Source of the DNA: Candidatus Saccharimonadota bacterium
GTDB taxonomy: Bacteria; Patescibacteriota; Gracilibacteria; UBA1369; 2-02-FULL-48-14
Direction of reading: 5' to 3'
Length of the DNA stretch: 32,000 bases
Assembly (NCBI GenBank): GCA_965230905.1
Contig: OZ246396.1
Coordinates: 240,001 to 272,000 of the forward strand
Shown in pieces: positions 16,513-26,372 of this stretch (positions are counted from its first letter, which is position 1; the number at the start of each line of letters is the position of its first letter). A program made the translations under genes and the position numbers. The notes beneath the pieces were generated by a model. That model was not told where the DNA came from. It did no database searches and saw only the letters and a program-made list of their open reading frames with translations.

Positions 16513-18183
16513 GTGACAAGCTGTAAGCAGTGCCAGAAAACATTCGAAGTTGCTCCTGAAGACCTCGCCTTTTATGATGAAATTTCTCCTAGTTTTGACG
16601 GCAGGAACTTTGCCATACCCACGCCCACAAAATGCTTCTATTGCCGGTTTCAGCAACGCCTCGCTTTCCGAAATGAGCGGAGCCTTTACCATCGCAAGTG
16701 TGATTTGAGCGGCAAGATGATTATTTCCAACTATGCGCCCGATAAACCCTATAAAGTTTACGAGCAAAGCGAATGGTGGAGCGATAAATGGGATGCGCTG
16801 AGTTACGGGCGGGACTTTGATTTCAATCGAAGTTTTACAGATCAATATAAGGAACTTTTGGAGGCAGTGCCGCATTCAGCGCTCACTACTCGGAATGCGG
16901 AAAATAGTGCCTACAGCAACTTTGCACTCAATCAAAAAAATACGTATTTGATTTTTGGATCCGGGGGCGCGGAAGACTGTCTGTATGGAAAATACATCGC
17001 GGATTGCAAGGACTGTGTGGACTGTTTGGCGGTTTACAATTGCGAGCTCTGCTATGAAGGAATCGGCAGTGAACGTTGCTACAACTGTCGCTACTTTATG
17101 AACTCACGCAATTGCACGGATTGCCTCATGATAGACAACTGCCAGTCGTGCAAAAATTGCATCGCCTGTTTTGGGCTGGTGTCCAAAGAATACTGCATTC
17201 TCAATCAATACGTTGGCAAAGAGCAATTCGAGGCGTTCCAAAAAGAATATGAATATTTAACTCCTGAAAAATTGGCGACTTTGCGGGAAAAACTCGACGA
17301 CTTGAAGGCCACTTTACCCCACCGCGAGGCACGGATTTTTGCGGGTGAGAATTGCAGTGGAGACAATGTTTACAACTCAAAAAACTGCCAGACTTGCTTC
17401 GACATTAAGGAGTGTGAAGACTGCAAATACACCAATTTCAGCCCCAAAAATAAGCGCAGCTACGACATCACGTTTAGCGCGCCCGGCGATGTAGAATTTT
17501 GTAATCAAATGTGCTCGACCACCAGTGTGCAGAAGTGCATGGCGGGCTTTTTAGTTTGGTTTGGAGGCAACATTTATTACTCCGAAGAATGTCACAATTG
17601 CAGCGATTGTTTTGGATGCACCGGACTGAAGGGCAAAAAATACTGCATCCTCAATAAGCAGTACACCGCGGAGGAATATCCAAAAATGGTGGCACGCATT
17701 ATTGAACACATGCAAAAGACCGGCGAGTGGGGCGAGTTTTTGGACTACAAACTTTCCATGTTCGGTTATAACGAAACCGTGGCGCAGGAATACTATCCAC
17801 TCAGCAAGGAGCAGGCCTTGGCCCAAGGAATGAACTGGTACGACAAACCCGTGGAGCGTTTGGAGGGCACCGTGATCAGCCAAATTCCCAAGGACATTCG
17901 CACTGTGGACGACACTATTTTAGAAAAAGTGCTCACCGGCGAAGTGCTTGGGCGCCAGTACAAAATCATTCCTCAGGAACTGACATTTTACCGCCGCATG
18001 AAAGTTCCGCTCCCCCGCCGTCACCCGGACATTCGCCATGCCGACCGAGTTGCTCTTCACAATCCCTATGTGCTTTTTGACCGCAGCTGCAGCAAGTGTA
18101 GTAAGGCCATTCAGACGACTTATAGCGAGGAGCGGGCAAAGATTGTATACTGCGAGAAGTGTTATCTTGAAACTGTTTATTAA
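16513..18183 (+). CDS. Cys-rich paralog P4 (GTG start)
   Basis: 556 aa. An AAAGG SD sequence precedes the GTG. The N-terminus MTSCKQCQKTFEVAPEDLAFY aligns with the other paralogs. Confidence 0.88.
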   Translation: MTSCKQCQKTFEVAPEDLAFYDEISPSFDGRNFAIPTPTKCFYCRFQQRLAFRNERSLYHRKCDLSGKMIISNYAPDKPYKVYEQSEWWSDKWDALSYGRDFDFNRSFTDQYKELLEAVPHSALTTRNAENSAYSNFALNQKNTYLIFGSGGAEDCLYGKYIADCKDCVDCLAVYNCELCYEGIGSERCYNCRYFMNSRNCTDCLMIDNCQSCKNCIACFGLVSKEYCILNQYVGKEQFEAFQKEYEYLTPEKLATLREKLDDLKATLPHREARIFAGENCSGDNVYNSKNCQTCFDIKECEDCKYTNFSPKNKRSYDITFSAPGDVEFCNQMCSTTSVQKCMAGFLVWFGGNIYYSEECHNCSDCFGCTGLKGKKYCILNKQYTAEEYPKMVARIIEHMQKTGEWGEFLDYKLSMFGYNETVAQEYYPLSKEQALAQGMNWYDKPVERLEGTVISQIPKDIRTVDDTILEKVLTGEVLGRQYKIIPQELTFYRRMKVPLPRRHPDIRHADRVALHNPYVLFDRSCSKCSKAIQTTYSEERAKIVYCEKCYLETVY

Positions 18184-18184
18184 A

Positions 18185-19795
18185 ATGAAACAAAGCTGTA
18201 AGAATTGCGCGCAAGACTTTGAAATAGCAGATTGGGATCTTCAACTCCTCGATCAAATTTCCCCCGTTTTTCAGGGTAAAAAGTTCAGTATTCCTGCGCC
18301 GGTACTGTGCCCAGGCTGCCGTCAGCAACGTCGCATGGCTTACCGCAATGAACGGAGCCTTTATAAACGTGACTGTGGCAAATGTAAGAAGCCCATGCTG
18401 TCCGTTTATTCAGAAGATAAGCCCTTCACTCTTTATTGCCGCGACTGTTGGTGGTCTGACGAGTGGAATGGCACAGATTTTACACAGGAGTTTGACTTCA
18501 ACCGACCTTTTGCTGAACAGTTTTATGAGTTGATGAAGAAAGTCCCCCAGCTTGGAATTGTGAATGCGGTGGATCAAAACAGTGACTACACCAATTATGG
18601 GTATCAAAACAAAGACTGTTATTTGATCTTCACTTCTGACTTCAATGAGAAATGTTCCTATGGCTGCTTTGTGTGGCGTTCTTTTGATTGTTATGACAAC
18701 CTATTTTTGCTGGAATCGCAGCTCTGTTACGAGTGCTTGGACTGCGTGAAATGTTATGGCTCAGCGTATTGCCGCGAGAGTGAAAGTTTGACGGACTGTT
18801 TTGGCTGCGTGGACTGCCGAAGCTGTGAATCGTGCTTTGGTAGCAGTGGACTTCGAAACAAGAAATACCATTTCTTCAATGAAGCCTTGAGCAAGGAGGA
18901 ATACGAGAAAAAAGTTGCAGAAGCAAAGGCGAACTGGCCCGAGACTTTGCAAAAGTTTAAAGAGGTTGGGAAAGAAACGCCACGCCGGAATTTGTTTTTA
19001 GTGCAATGTGAAAATGTGCTGGGTGACCACTTGAAAAACTGTAAAAATTCTTCCCATTGTTTTGATGGCCAAGAGTTGGAAGAGTGTAAATACATGACCA
19101 ATGCACCTGTTAAGTGTGATCACGACATGGATATTGATGGCGCAGGTTGGTTGTTTTGGTCTTATGAATGCATCAGCACACAGGGAAATCGGCAGCTTTT
19201 TTCCGACCATCATTGGCCAGAAGGATCGGACCTGACCTACTGCTCTTTCTCGATGGGGTCATCCAACTGCTTCGGCTCTGTGGGTGTGAAAAAAGGAAAA
19301 TATTGCATTTTGAACAAGCAGTATTCTAAAGACGACTACGAGGCGCTCATGGTGAAAATAATGGAGCACTTGGTGAAAACTGGGGAATGGGGCAATTGTT
19401 TCTTACCACCGTATTCGCGCTTTGCTTACAACGAAACCGTGGCCCAGCAATATTATCCGCTGACCAAGGAGGCTGCGTTGAAACTCGGTTACCGGTGGCA
19501 TGAAGAAAACGTGGAGAAATACAGTGGAAAAATGGATGACGTGGTGATTTGTGAGGTCAGTGGGAAGGCATTCCGGCTCATTCCCCAGGAGCTGGAGTTC
19601 TACAAAAAACTCGGCCTCCCCTTGCCTAAACGTCACCCAGAAGTGCGCATGAAAGATCGTGAAGCGCTGCGCAATCCACGACAATTTTGGACACGAGGAT
19701 GTGATTCGTGTGGGGTGCAAATGCAATCCACCTATTCGCCGGACCGGCCAGAGAAAGTGTATTGCGAAGCCTGTTATCTTAAAACCGTCTATTGA
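18185..19795 (+). CDS. Cys-rich paralog P5
   Basis: 536 aa from the ATG at 18185, 1 nt after the P4 stop. The N-terminus MKQSCKNCAQDFEI aligns with the family. The ORF-track start at 18038 lies inside P4. Confidence 0.88.
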   Translation: MKQSCKNCAQDFEIADWDLQLLDQISPVFQGKKFSIPAPVLCPGCRQQRRMAYRNERSLYKRDCGKCKKPMLSVYSEDKPFTLYCRDCWWSDEWNGTDFTQEFDFNRPFAEQFYELMKKVPQLGIVNAVDQNSDYTNYGYQNKDCYLIFTSDFNEKCSYGCFVWRSFDCYDNLFLLESQLCYECLDCVKCYGSAYCRESESLTDCFGCVDCRSCESCFGSSGLRNKKYHFFNEALSKEEYEKKVAEAKANWPETLQKFKEVGKETPRRNLFLVQCENVLGDHLKNCKNSSHCFDGQELEECKYMTNAPVKCDHDMDIDGAGWLFWSYECISTQGNRQLFSDHHWPEGSDLTYCSFSMGSSNCFGSVGVKKGKYCILNKQYSKDDYEALMVKIMEHLVKTGEWGNCFLPPYSRFAYNETVAQQYYPLTKEAALKLGYRWHEENVEKYSGKMDDVVICEVSGKAFRLIPQELEFYKKLGLPLPKRHPEVRMKDREALRNPRQFWTRGCDSCGVQMQSTYSPDRPEKVYCEACYLKTVY

Positions 19796-21432
19796 TGTCG
19801 ACCTGTAAACAGTGCAATCGCCCTTACGAAATCACTTCTGAGGATGAGGGTTTTTATAAAAAATTCAGTGCCAGGGATTTGGGTCGTTGCTTTGAATGTA
19901 GCCAGAAAAATCATCTGGCACTTCGCAATGCGCGCTGTTTGTATCACCGAAAATGTGATGCTACCAGTGAGGATACTATTTCTATGTATTCGCCGGATAA
20001 ACCTTACAAAGTCTATAAAAGTGATCACTGGTACAGCGACGCTTGGGATGCCATGGATTATGGACAGGATTTTGACTTTTCTCGGTCTTTTTTTGGACAA
20101 CTCAAGGAGTTACAGCTCAAAGTACCACGCCTGGCTTTGTCCAACATCAACGCCATGAACAGTGACTACTGCAACTCTTCCTATGGAAATAAAAACTGTT
20201 ATTTAATCTTTGGCGGTGACAACAACGAAGATTGCATGTTCGGGACCTTATGTATGAAAAATACACGGTCGCTGGATTTGGACTTCAGCAATTTCAACGA
20301 ACTTTCTTACATGCTTGCTGACTGTTTTCAGTGTTACAACACTCAGTTCGCCATAGACTCCAAGAGTTGTACCGACAGCGCTTTTTTGAGCGATTGTACC
20401 AGTTGTAGTGACTGTATTTTATGCAGCAATTTGGTGAATAAATCCTACTGCATCCTAAATAAGCAGTATTCTAAGGAAGAATATTTCTTAAAAAAAGCTG
20501 AGCTTTTAAATGGGACTTACTCACAACAAAAGCAGTTATTTGACTCATTTAAAGCACTACTCGGCGAGCGCATTGTGAAATATGCCCACACGGTTTCCTG
20601 CCAAAATTGTAGCGGTGATTATATTAAGAACAGCAAGAATTGTACGATGTGCTTCAACGTTACGGACAGCGAAGATTTGAGAAATATTGTTTTTGCGAAT
20701 AAGAGCAAGGATTGTTTCAATTCCAGCATGTTGGGTGACAATAGCGAGTTGGCTTACGAAACGGTTTCCGCTTACCGCGCTTACAATGTTCAATTTTCTT
20801 TTTTTGTGATTGATTCGAGCAATATTGAATACTGTGACGTTGCGATCAATTCAAAAGATTTGTTCGGCTGCGTGGGCATGCGCAATAAGCAGTACTGCAT
20901 TTTTAACAAGCAATATAGTAAGGAAGACTTTGAGTATTTACGCACAAAGATTATTGAACACATGAAGAAGACCGGGGAATGGGGTGAGTTTTTCCCAAAA
21001 ACATTTTCCTGTTTTGCTTACAATGAAACCACGGCAAATGTGTATCAGCCGATGACCAAAGAACGTGCACTTGCCGAAGGCTATACGTGGAAGGATGAAG
21101 ACCACAAAAAAGTCCATATTCCGTCCTCACCACTTCCAGATAAAATTGAAGACGTTTCTGATTCTATTTTAAAAGAGATTCTTTTATGTGAGGGGTGCCA
21201 AAAAAATTATCGCATCATTTCACAAGAGCTACAGTTTTATAGAGCCCAGCGGCTTCCCATCCCTCACTTGTGTTCAGAATGTCGACAAGGAGTTCGCAAA
21301 GATCTCCTCAACCCTAGACAACTTTGGCAGCGCCCATGCGACTCCTGTGGAAGCTCTATGCAAACCACCTATTCGCCCAAGCGACCCGAAAAAGTGTATT
21401 GTGAAGCCTGTTATCTTAAAACAGTCTACTGA
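19795..21432 (+). CDS. Cys-rich paralog P6
   Basis: 545 aa. The ATG at 19795 overlaps the P5 stop (TGATG). Confidence 0.88.
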   Translation: MSTCKQCNRPYEITSEDEGFYKKFSARDLGRCFECSQKNHLALRNARCLYHRKCDATSEDTISMYSPDKPYKVYKSDHWYSDAWDAMDYGQDFDFSRSFFGQLKELQLKVPRLALSNINAMNSDYCNSSYGNKNCYLIFGGDNNEDCMFGTLCMKNTRSLDLDFSNFNELSYMLADCFQCYNTQFAIDSKSCTDSAFLSDCTSCSDCILCSNLVNKSYCILNKQYSKEEYFLKKAELLNGTYSQQKQLFDSFKALLGERIVKYAHTVSCQNCSGDYIKNSKNCTMCFNVTDSEDLRNIVFANKSKDCFNSSMLGDNSELAYETVSAYRAYNVQFSFFVIDSSNIEYCDVAINSKDLFGCVGMRNKQYCIFNKQYSKEDFEYLRTKIIEHMKKTGEWGEFFPKTFSCFAYNETTANVYQPMTKERALAEGYTWKDEDHKKVHIPSSPLPDKIEDVSDSILKEILLCEGCQKNYRIISQELQFYRAQRLPIPHLCSECRQGVRKDLLNPRQLWQRPCDSCGSSMQTTYSPKRPEKVYCEACYLKTVY

Positions 21433-23051
21433 TGAACGCTTGTAAGCAATGCCAAAAACCGTTTGAAGTGACCGAGGTGGAACGAGAATTTTTGAAGAAA
21501 GTGGCGCCTACCGTGGGTGGACGTCAGTTTGAAATTCCCGAGCCTAAACTGTGCCCGGATTGCCGACGACAACGACGTTACGCGCAACGGAATGACCGAA
21601 ATATTTACCGCCGAACCTGTGACAAAACTGGGAAGTCCATTATCTCGGCGCATCACCCCGATAAACCCTTCCCCGTCTACGCCATTGATGTGTGGTGGAG
21701 CGATGCCTATGACCCTAAAGCCTACGGGCGTGACTTTGATTTTAGCCGGACTTTTTTTGAGCAGTTTAAAGAGCTTTCTTATACAGTTCCGCGGGCGGCT
21801 TCCATTGTGGTGGCTTCTGAAAATTGTGATTACACCATCTTCACCCTGCAGAGCCGGAACTGTTTTCTTTCGTCTCGTTTGGCGGAGGTAGAAGATATTT
21901 ATTATTCCTACCTCGCTTTTAAAAGCCGTTCCTGTTTTGACGGCTACAATTTGATGGAATGTGAACTGTGCTACGAGTGCGTGGACTGTGGGAAATGCTA
22001 CCAATGTATGTACACCACCAGTTCAAAAGGCTCCTTCAACTTGATGTTCTGCAGCGACATGTCTGGTTCCAATAATTGTTTTGGATGCGTGGGGATGGTT
22101 CAAAAACAATACTGCTTTTTCAATCAACAACTCAGCAAAGAAGAGTACGAAAAACGCGTGAAGGAATGCTTCGATGGCTCTCACGAAAGTGTGCTGCGCT
22201 GCCAAGCGGCGTTTGCCGAACATAGCAAAAAATTCCCTGTACGAGCAACGCAAGTTTTCAACTCTGATAATGCACAAGGCAGCCACATATTTGAGAGCAA
22301 AAACGTCATCAACTCCTACGATATCGCCGGCTCGGAAGATATCATCAATTGCACTCAAACTGAAACGAGCAAAGACATGATGGACTGTGACTTCACCTAC
22401 GTCTGCGAGCTCTCTTACGAGCTTATTTCAGGAGGGAAAAGCATGCGGAATTTGTTTTCTTTCTCGCTGGTGGGAAACAACAACGACGTCATGTATTCGC
22501 ACTATTGCAATAATGGGAATCAGAATTTGTTTGGATGCGTGGGCATGAAAAACAGCAAATATTGCATCTTTAACAAGCAGTACACCAAAGAGGAATACGA
22601 AGAACTCGTGCCACGAATCATTGAGCACATGCAGAAGACAGGCGAGTGGGGTGAGGGGATACCCATTGAACTTTCTACCATGTCTTATAACGAAAGTGCT
22701 GCGCAAGAACGATTTCCCCTGACTAAAGAAGAAGTGCTGGCTCGCGGATGGACTTGGTACGACGCGCCCGAAAGCACGGTGGCGCAGGCCGAAGGCGAGA
22801 ATGTGGTTCACTGTGAAGTAAGCGGCAAATCTTTCCGTCTCATCCCACAGGAATTGAAGTTTTACAAAGACATGGGCCTGCCCTTGCCCACGCGTCACCC
22901 CGATGTCCGCCACCAGGATCGTTTAAATCGCCGCACGCCCTACCAATTGCATGAAACCAAGTGTCGCAAGTGTGGAGAGGACATGATGACCGACCAAAGC
23001 GAAAACAAGCTTATTTACTGCCAGAAGTGTTATTTGGCAGAGACTTACTGA
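21432..23051 (+). CDS. Cys-rich paralog P7
   Basis: 539 aa. The ATG overlaps the P6 stop (TGATG). Confidence 0.9.
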   Translation: MNACKQCQKPFEVTEVEREFLKKVAPTVGGRQFEIPEPKLCPDCRRQRRYAQRNDRNIYRRTCDKTGKSIISAHHPDKPFPVYAIDVWWSDAYDPKAYGRDFDFSRTFFEQFKELSYTVPRAASIVVASENCDYTIFTLQSRNCFLSSRLAEVEDIYYSYLAFKSRSCFDGYNLMECELCYECVDCGKCYQCMYTTSSKGSFNLMFCSDMSGSNNCFGCVGMVQKQYCFFNQQLSKEEYEKRVKECFDGSHESVLRCQAAFAEHSKKFPVRATQVFNSDNAQGSHIFESKNVINSYDIAGSEDIINCTQTETSKDMMDCDFTYVCELSYELISGGKSMRNLFSFSLVGNNNDVMYSHYCNNGNQNLFGCVGMKNSKYCIFNKQYTKEEYEELVPRIIEHMQKTGEWGEGIPIELSTMSYNESAAQERFPLTKEEVLARGWTWYDAPESTVAQAEGENVVHCEVSGKSFRLIPQELKFYKDMGLPLPTRHPDVRHQDRLNRRTPYQLHETKCRKCGEDMMTDQSENKLIYCQKCYLAETY

Positions 23052-23803
23052 GCCACAAACGCCGTTGCCCCCAGCCAGGCTAGATTGAATACGGCGCGTT
23101 GGGTGCGTGCGTACACCGCGGATTCGATGTGCACTCCAATGAGTTCGTCCGGGTTGAGCGACATGATGGCGGCCGAGTTGTCGTAGATGGAAATTTGGTT
23201 TTCGAAGCGGAATTCCTTGGGGTTCACAAAGAGGATTTCTACGAGTTCTTCAGGGTATTTTTTTGGATAAAAGCGTTTAATGAACTGGCGTGCTTCTTCG
23301 GTGGACGGCGAGAGCAGGCGGGTTTTTATACGACGTTTCACGAGTTTTTCTGTGTACGAAGGGAGGTAGTCGGGGAGGAGTTTTCCAAGCGCTTCCAAGT
23401 TGGTGTAACCCAGAACTTCCGACTTAGCTTCGAGCGTTTGCTCAAAAATGGTTTTGATTCCATCAATGCCTTCATAGGAGCGAATGATTGGTTTGAAGGC
23501 CAGGGCATTCGTGACGGAAAGTAGCTCAGGCAGCAATTTTTTGGCGCTTTGGTATTGTTCCTCCATTTGGTTCACCAGCACTTGCGGCGGCTCAGCCACA
23601 AAGAACTTCACTTTTCCTTTAAAATTAGCCGTCACAAGACCACGTTTGCGCAGGCTTTCCAGTACATAATAACAGTTCACACGTGCGATTTTAGCCTTGC
23701 TGGCGATGGTACTTGCGAAGGAGCCACCCAGTTCCAAAACTGTGAGGTAAACCTGGGCTTCTTCTTCCGAAAGACCGAATTCTTGTAGCTTTTCTTTGAG
23801 CAT
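23045..23803 (-). CDS. TrmB-family transcriptional regulator (N-terminal winged helix plus C-terminal domain)
   Basis: 252 aa. LQEFGLSEEEAQVYLTVLELGGSFASTIASKAKIARVNCYYVLESLRKRGLV is a typical TrmB-type HTH. The gene is convergent with P7 (7-nt overlap) and divergent from P8. Confidence 0.8.
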   Translation of the reverse strand: MLKEKLQEFGLSEEEAQVYLTVLELGGSFASTIASKAKIARVNCYYVLESLRKRGLVTANFKGKVKFFVAEPPQVLVNQMEEQYQSAKKLLPELLSVTNALAFKPIIRSYEGIDGIKTIFEQTLEAKSEVLGYTNLEALGKLLPDYLPSYTEKLVKRRIKTRLLSPSTEEARQFIKRFYPKKYPEELVEILFVNPKEFRFENQISIYDNSAAIMSLNPDELIGVHIESAVYARTQRAVFNLAWLGATAFVAQ

Positions 23804-23816
23804 GTCGCTTGGATTC

Positions 23817-23873
23817 GCTTTGTTGTAAAAAGTTTTCTACAACTAATATAACCTGTAATAACCGATTTTCCAA
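23817..23873. promoter_or_regulatory. Shared GCNTTGTTGT motif in a 22-bp near-palindrome, plus a candidate minus-strand promoter for the TrmB-like gene
   Basis: GCTTTGTTGT at 23817-23826. GTTGTAAAAAG/TTTTCTACAAC at 23822-23843 matches at 9 of 11 palindromic positions. On the minus strand, TTGGAA (23873-23868), a 17-nt spacer and TATATT (23850-23845) would place the transcription start inside the palindrome. Confidence 0.45.
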
Positions 23874-23930
23874 GGCAATGTTAGTTATAAACTTACAGCT
23901 ATGCTAAAATTGAGTTAATTAAAATTCATT

Positions 23931-25616
23931 ATGACCAATTGCAAACACTGCCAAACCAGCTTTGAGATCCGTCCAGAGGATTTGGCCTTTTACGACGAGA
24001 TGTCTCCGGTTTTTGGCGGGAAAAAGTTTGCGATTCCGGCGCCTACGCTCTGTCCCGATTGCCGCTGGCAACGACGTATGAGTTTCCGAAATGAACGCAC
24101 GCTGTATTTGCGAAAATGTGACCTCACCGGAAAGTCCATGGTGAGTATGCATCCCGCTGGCACCCCCTTCCCCGTTTACAGCATTACCGAGTGGCTGAGC
24201 GATAAGTGGGAACCTCTAGACTTCGGCCGTGACTTCGATTTCAATCGGCCCTTCTTCGATCAATTCAAAGAGATGTGTGAGCAAATCCCGCATTTTAGTT
24301 TGTTTGTGGACCCCCACTTGGACATCAACTCCGACTACACCAACTGCTCGAACAGTGCGAAAAATTGTTATCTCATTTCGCAGGCGGAAGTGAATGAGGA
24401 TTGTTATTACTCCAGAGGAATCAACCGTTCCAAAGATTGTGGAGACTGTTTGCGCATTCATCAATGTGAGCTCTGCTACGAATGCACCAGTATGATGGGC
24501 TGTTACCACTGTCTCTATTCGCAAGAATGTGAAACCTCCTCGGATTGTTACTTTTCCAGCGACTTAAAGAGCTGCCAAAATTGTTTCGGCTCTCATGATT
24601 TGATTCAAAAACAGTATTATTGGTTCAACCAGCCCCTCGGCAAAGAAGCGTGGGAGAAACGTATGAAAGAATTTGTATGGAGCCGCGAAAATATCGAATG
24701 GGCCAAGCAAGAAAGTGAAAAATTAAAGCTCTCACTGCCTCGCCGCGCGGTCCACACCACTCAGTGTGAAAATTCCTCTGGTGACCACATCATGCAATGT
24801 AAGAATTCTCACCTAGTTTTTGATTCTTTGTATTTGGAAGATTCTGCTTATTGTTACGAAGTTTTCAACGGCGCCAAAAAGGCCTACGACTACTCCATGT
24901 GGGGCGTGAATGCGGAATTTATTTACGAGTGTAACGGGTGTGGATTCAATGTAAACAACCTGCTCTTTTCAAATCACTGTTGGCAAAACGTGAGCAATTT
25001 AATTTACTGCGAAAGCTCTTTCCCGAGCGTAAAAGATTGTTTTGGATGCTTTGGTTTGAAGCGCAAACAGTACTGTATTTTGAATAAGCAATATAGCAAA
25101 GAGGAGTATGAGGCTTTGGTGCCACGAATCATTGAACATATGCAAAAGACGGGCGAGTGGGGTGAGTTCTTCCCTGCTAGTATTTCTCCTTATGGCTACA
25201 ATGAATCCCTCGCAGCCTCCTTCTTTCCACTCAGCAAAGAAGAGGTTTTAAAGCGCGGTTGGAATTGGTATGAAAAAGAAGAAGCAATCGACCAATATAT
25301 TGGCCCCAACGTGAAAATTCCAAACAGTATTCAGGAAGTTGACGACGCTATTTGCAGCCAAATTTTAAAATGTGAAAAGACCGGAAAACTTTACAAAATC
25401 ATTCCCCAAGAATTGAAGTTGTATCGAACTTTGGGAGTTCCCCTGCCTACGCTTTGCCCCGAAGAAAGACACCAGGCCAGAATGACGGCGCGTAATCCAC
25501 GACATTTGTGGGAACGTACCTGTCAAAACTGTCAGAAAGGCGTTCAGAGTTCCTACTCGCCCGAAAGGCCTGAGAAAGTCTTTTGTGAGGAATGTTATTT
25601 AAAAACGGTTTACTAG
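23931..25616 (+). CDS. Cys-rich paralog P8
   Basis: 561 aa. The N-terminus is MTNCKHCQTSFEIRPEDLAFY, and the C-terminus ends CEECYLKTVY-stop. Confidence 0.9.
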   Translation: MTNCKHCQTSFEIRPEDLAFYDEMSPVFGGKKFAIPAPTLCPDCRWQRRMSFRNERTLYLRKCDLTGKSMVSMHPAGTPFPVYSITEWLSDKWEPLDFGRDFDFNRPFFDQFKEMCEQIPHFSLFVDPHLDINSDYTNCSNSAKNCYLISQAEVNEDCYYSRGINRSKDCGDCLRIHQCELCYECTSMMGCYHCLYSQECETSSDCYFSSDLKSCQNCFGSHDLIQKQYYWFNQPLGKEAWEKRMKEFVWSRENIEWAKQESEKLKLSLPRRAVHTTQCENSSGDHIMQCKNSHLVFDSLYLEDSAYCYEVFNGAKKAYDYSMWGVNAEFIYECNGCGFNVNNLLFSNHCWQNVSNLIYCESSFPSVKDCFGCFGLKRKQYCILNKQYSKEEYEALVPRIIEHMQKTGEWGEFFPASISPYGYNESLAASFFPLSKEEVLKRGWNWYEKEEAIDQYIGPNVKIPNSIQEVDDAICSQILKCEKTGKLYKIIPQELKLYRTLGVPLPTLCPEERHQARMTARNPRHLWERTCQNCQKGVQSSYSPERPEKVFCEECYLKTVY

Positions 25617-26368
25617 ATCCTGTCCCACATCCAGTTGAATAAAGTGAGCAAGGATTGATGGAGATGTTTTTCACGAATTTTAATGCCCACTTCATTCTTA
25701 GGGTCGTAACTATTAAAAATTACGTAGTCGTTTACCAAAATCACATCTGAGAAAAAGAGGGCGGAACTTTCCATCTCTTTGATCTGGTGGTTTGGATTGT
25801 TCACATGACTTTTGTACCAATCGGTCATAGGGCCAGCGACTAGAATTTCACGGATCTGTACCTTGGTATTGGACGTTGATTTTAAAAAGTTTTTGACCAG
25901 ATTTTTATAACGTTCCGTTTTGATGGCGAGCTGGGGATTGAAAAAAGAAGTGAAGTCCCCACTCAGCAAAGTCTCTTCCAATTGGAGGTACACGGCCTCC
26001 ATGGATTCAAACGTGGAAATTTCAAAAGCTCCAAAGTCCTGAGTTTTCGGAAGGAGCTGCTTAAGGTGAGTTTGTAAAAGTTGCGTCGCACTTTGAACAT
26101 CTTCGAATTGCTCACGAGCGTGGGCTTCCAAAATTTTGGCCGTCATATCGGGGGCCAAACAACTGAAGTAGGTCACTGAGCCGCGTTTTTTACGAGCTAC
26201 GATTCCCAGATGGACGAGCGTATCCAAAGCGGCGTATACCGTGGTGCGTTTGAGGTGCAATTGTTTAGCCAGCACGCTGGCGATGCTCTCTCCACGCTCA
26301 AATAAATGGAGGAAAACGGCTTGTTCCGTGGCATTGAGTCCGCAGGTTTGGAGGAGGTTTTCGAGCAT
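25613..26368 (-). CDS. TrmB-family transcriptional regulator, second copy
   Basis: The HTH segment is LNATEQAVFLHLFERGESIASVLAKQLHLKRTTVYAALDTLVHLGIV. I prefer the ATG at 26368 over 26413 for three reasons. MLENLLQTCGL aligns with MLKEKLQEFGL of the first copy. An AAGG SD sequence lies upstream. A good minus-strand promoter sits where the longer ORF would begin. Confidence 0.75.
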   Translation of the reverse strand: MLENLLQTCGLNATEQAVFLHLFERGESIASVLAKQLHLKRTTVYAALDTLVHLGIVARKKRGSVTYFSCLAPDMTAKILEAHAREQFEDVQSATQLLQTHLKQLLPKTQDFGAFEISTFESMEAVYLQLEETLLSGDFTSFFNPQLAIKTERYKNLVKNFLKSTSNTKVQIREILVAGPMTDWYKSHVNNPNHQIKEMESSALFFSDVILVNDYVIFNSYDPKNEVGIKIREKHLHQSLLTLFNWMWDRI

Positions 26369-26372
26369 TTGC

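Noticed and set aside
12611-21434. Possibility that TGA is recoded, as in some candidate phyla, making the paralogs one giant fusion protein
   Set aside because: Every TGA at a junction directly follows the invariant C-terminal CYL..(V/I/T)Y. It is also overlapped by an ATG that opens the conserved N-terminal M..C..C motif. TAA stops occur at equivalent positions (P4, P9). The standard code therefore fits.
23902-23910. Extended -10-like TGcTAAAAT as the P8 promoter
   Set aside because: There is no convincing -35 element. Several AT-rich hexamers in this spacer fit equally well, and the region also supports promoter-like elements on the minus strand. I left it uncalled.
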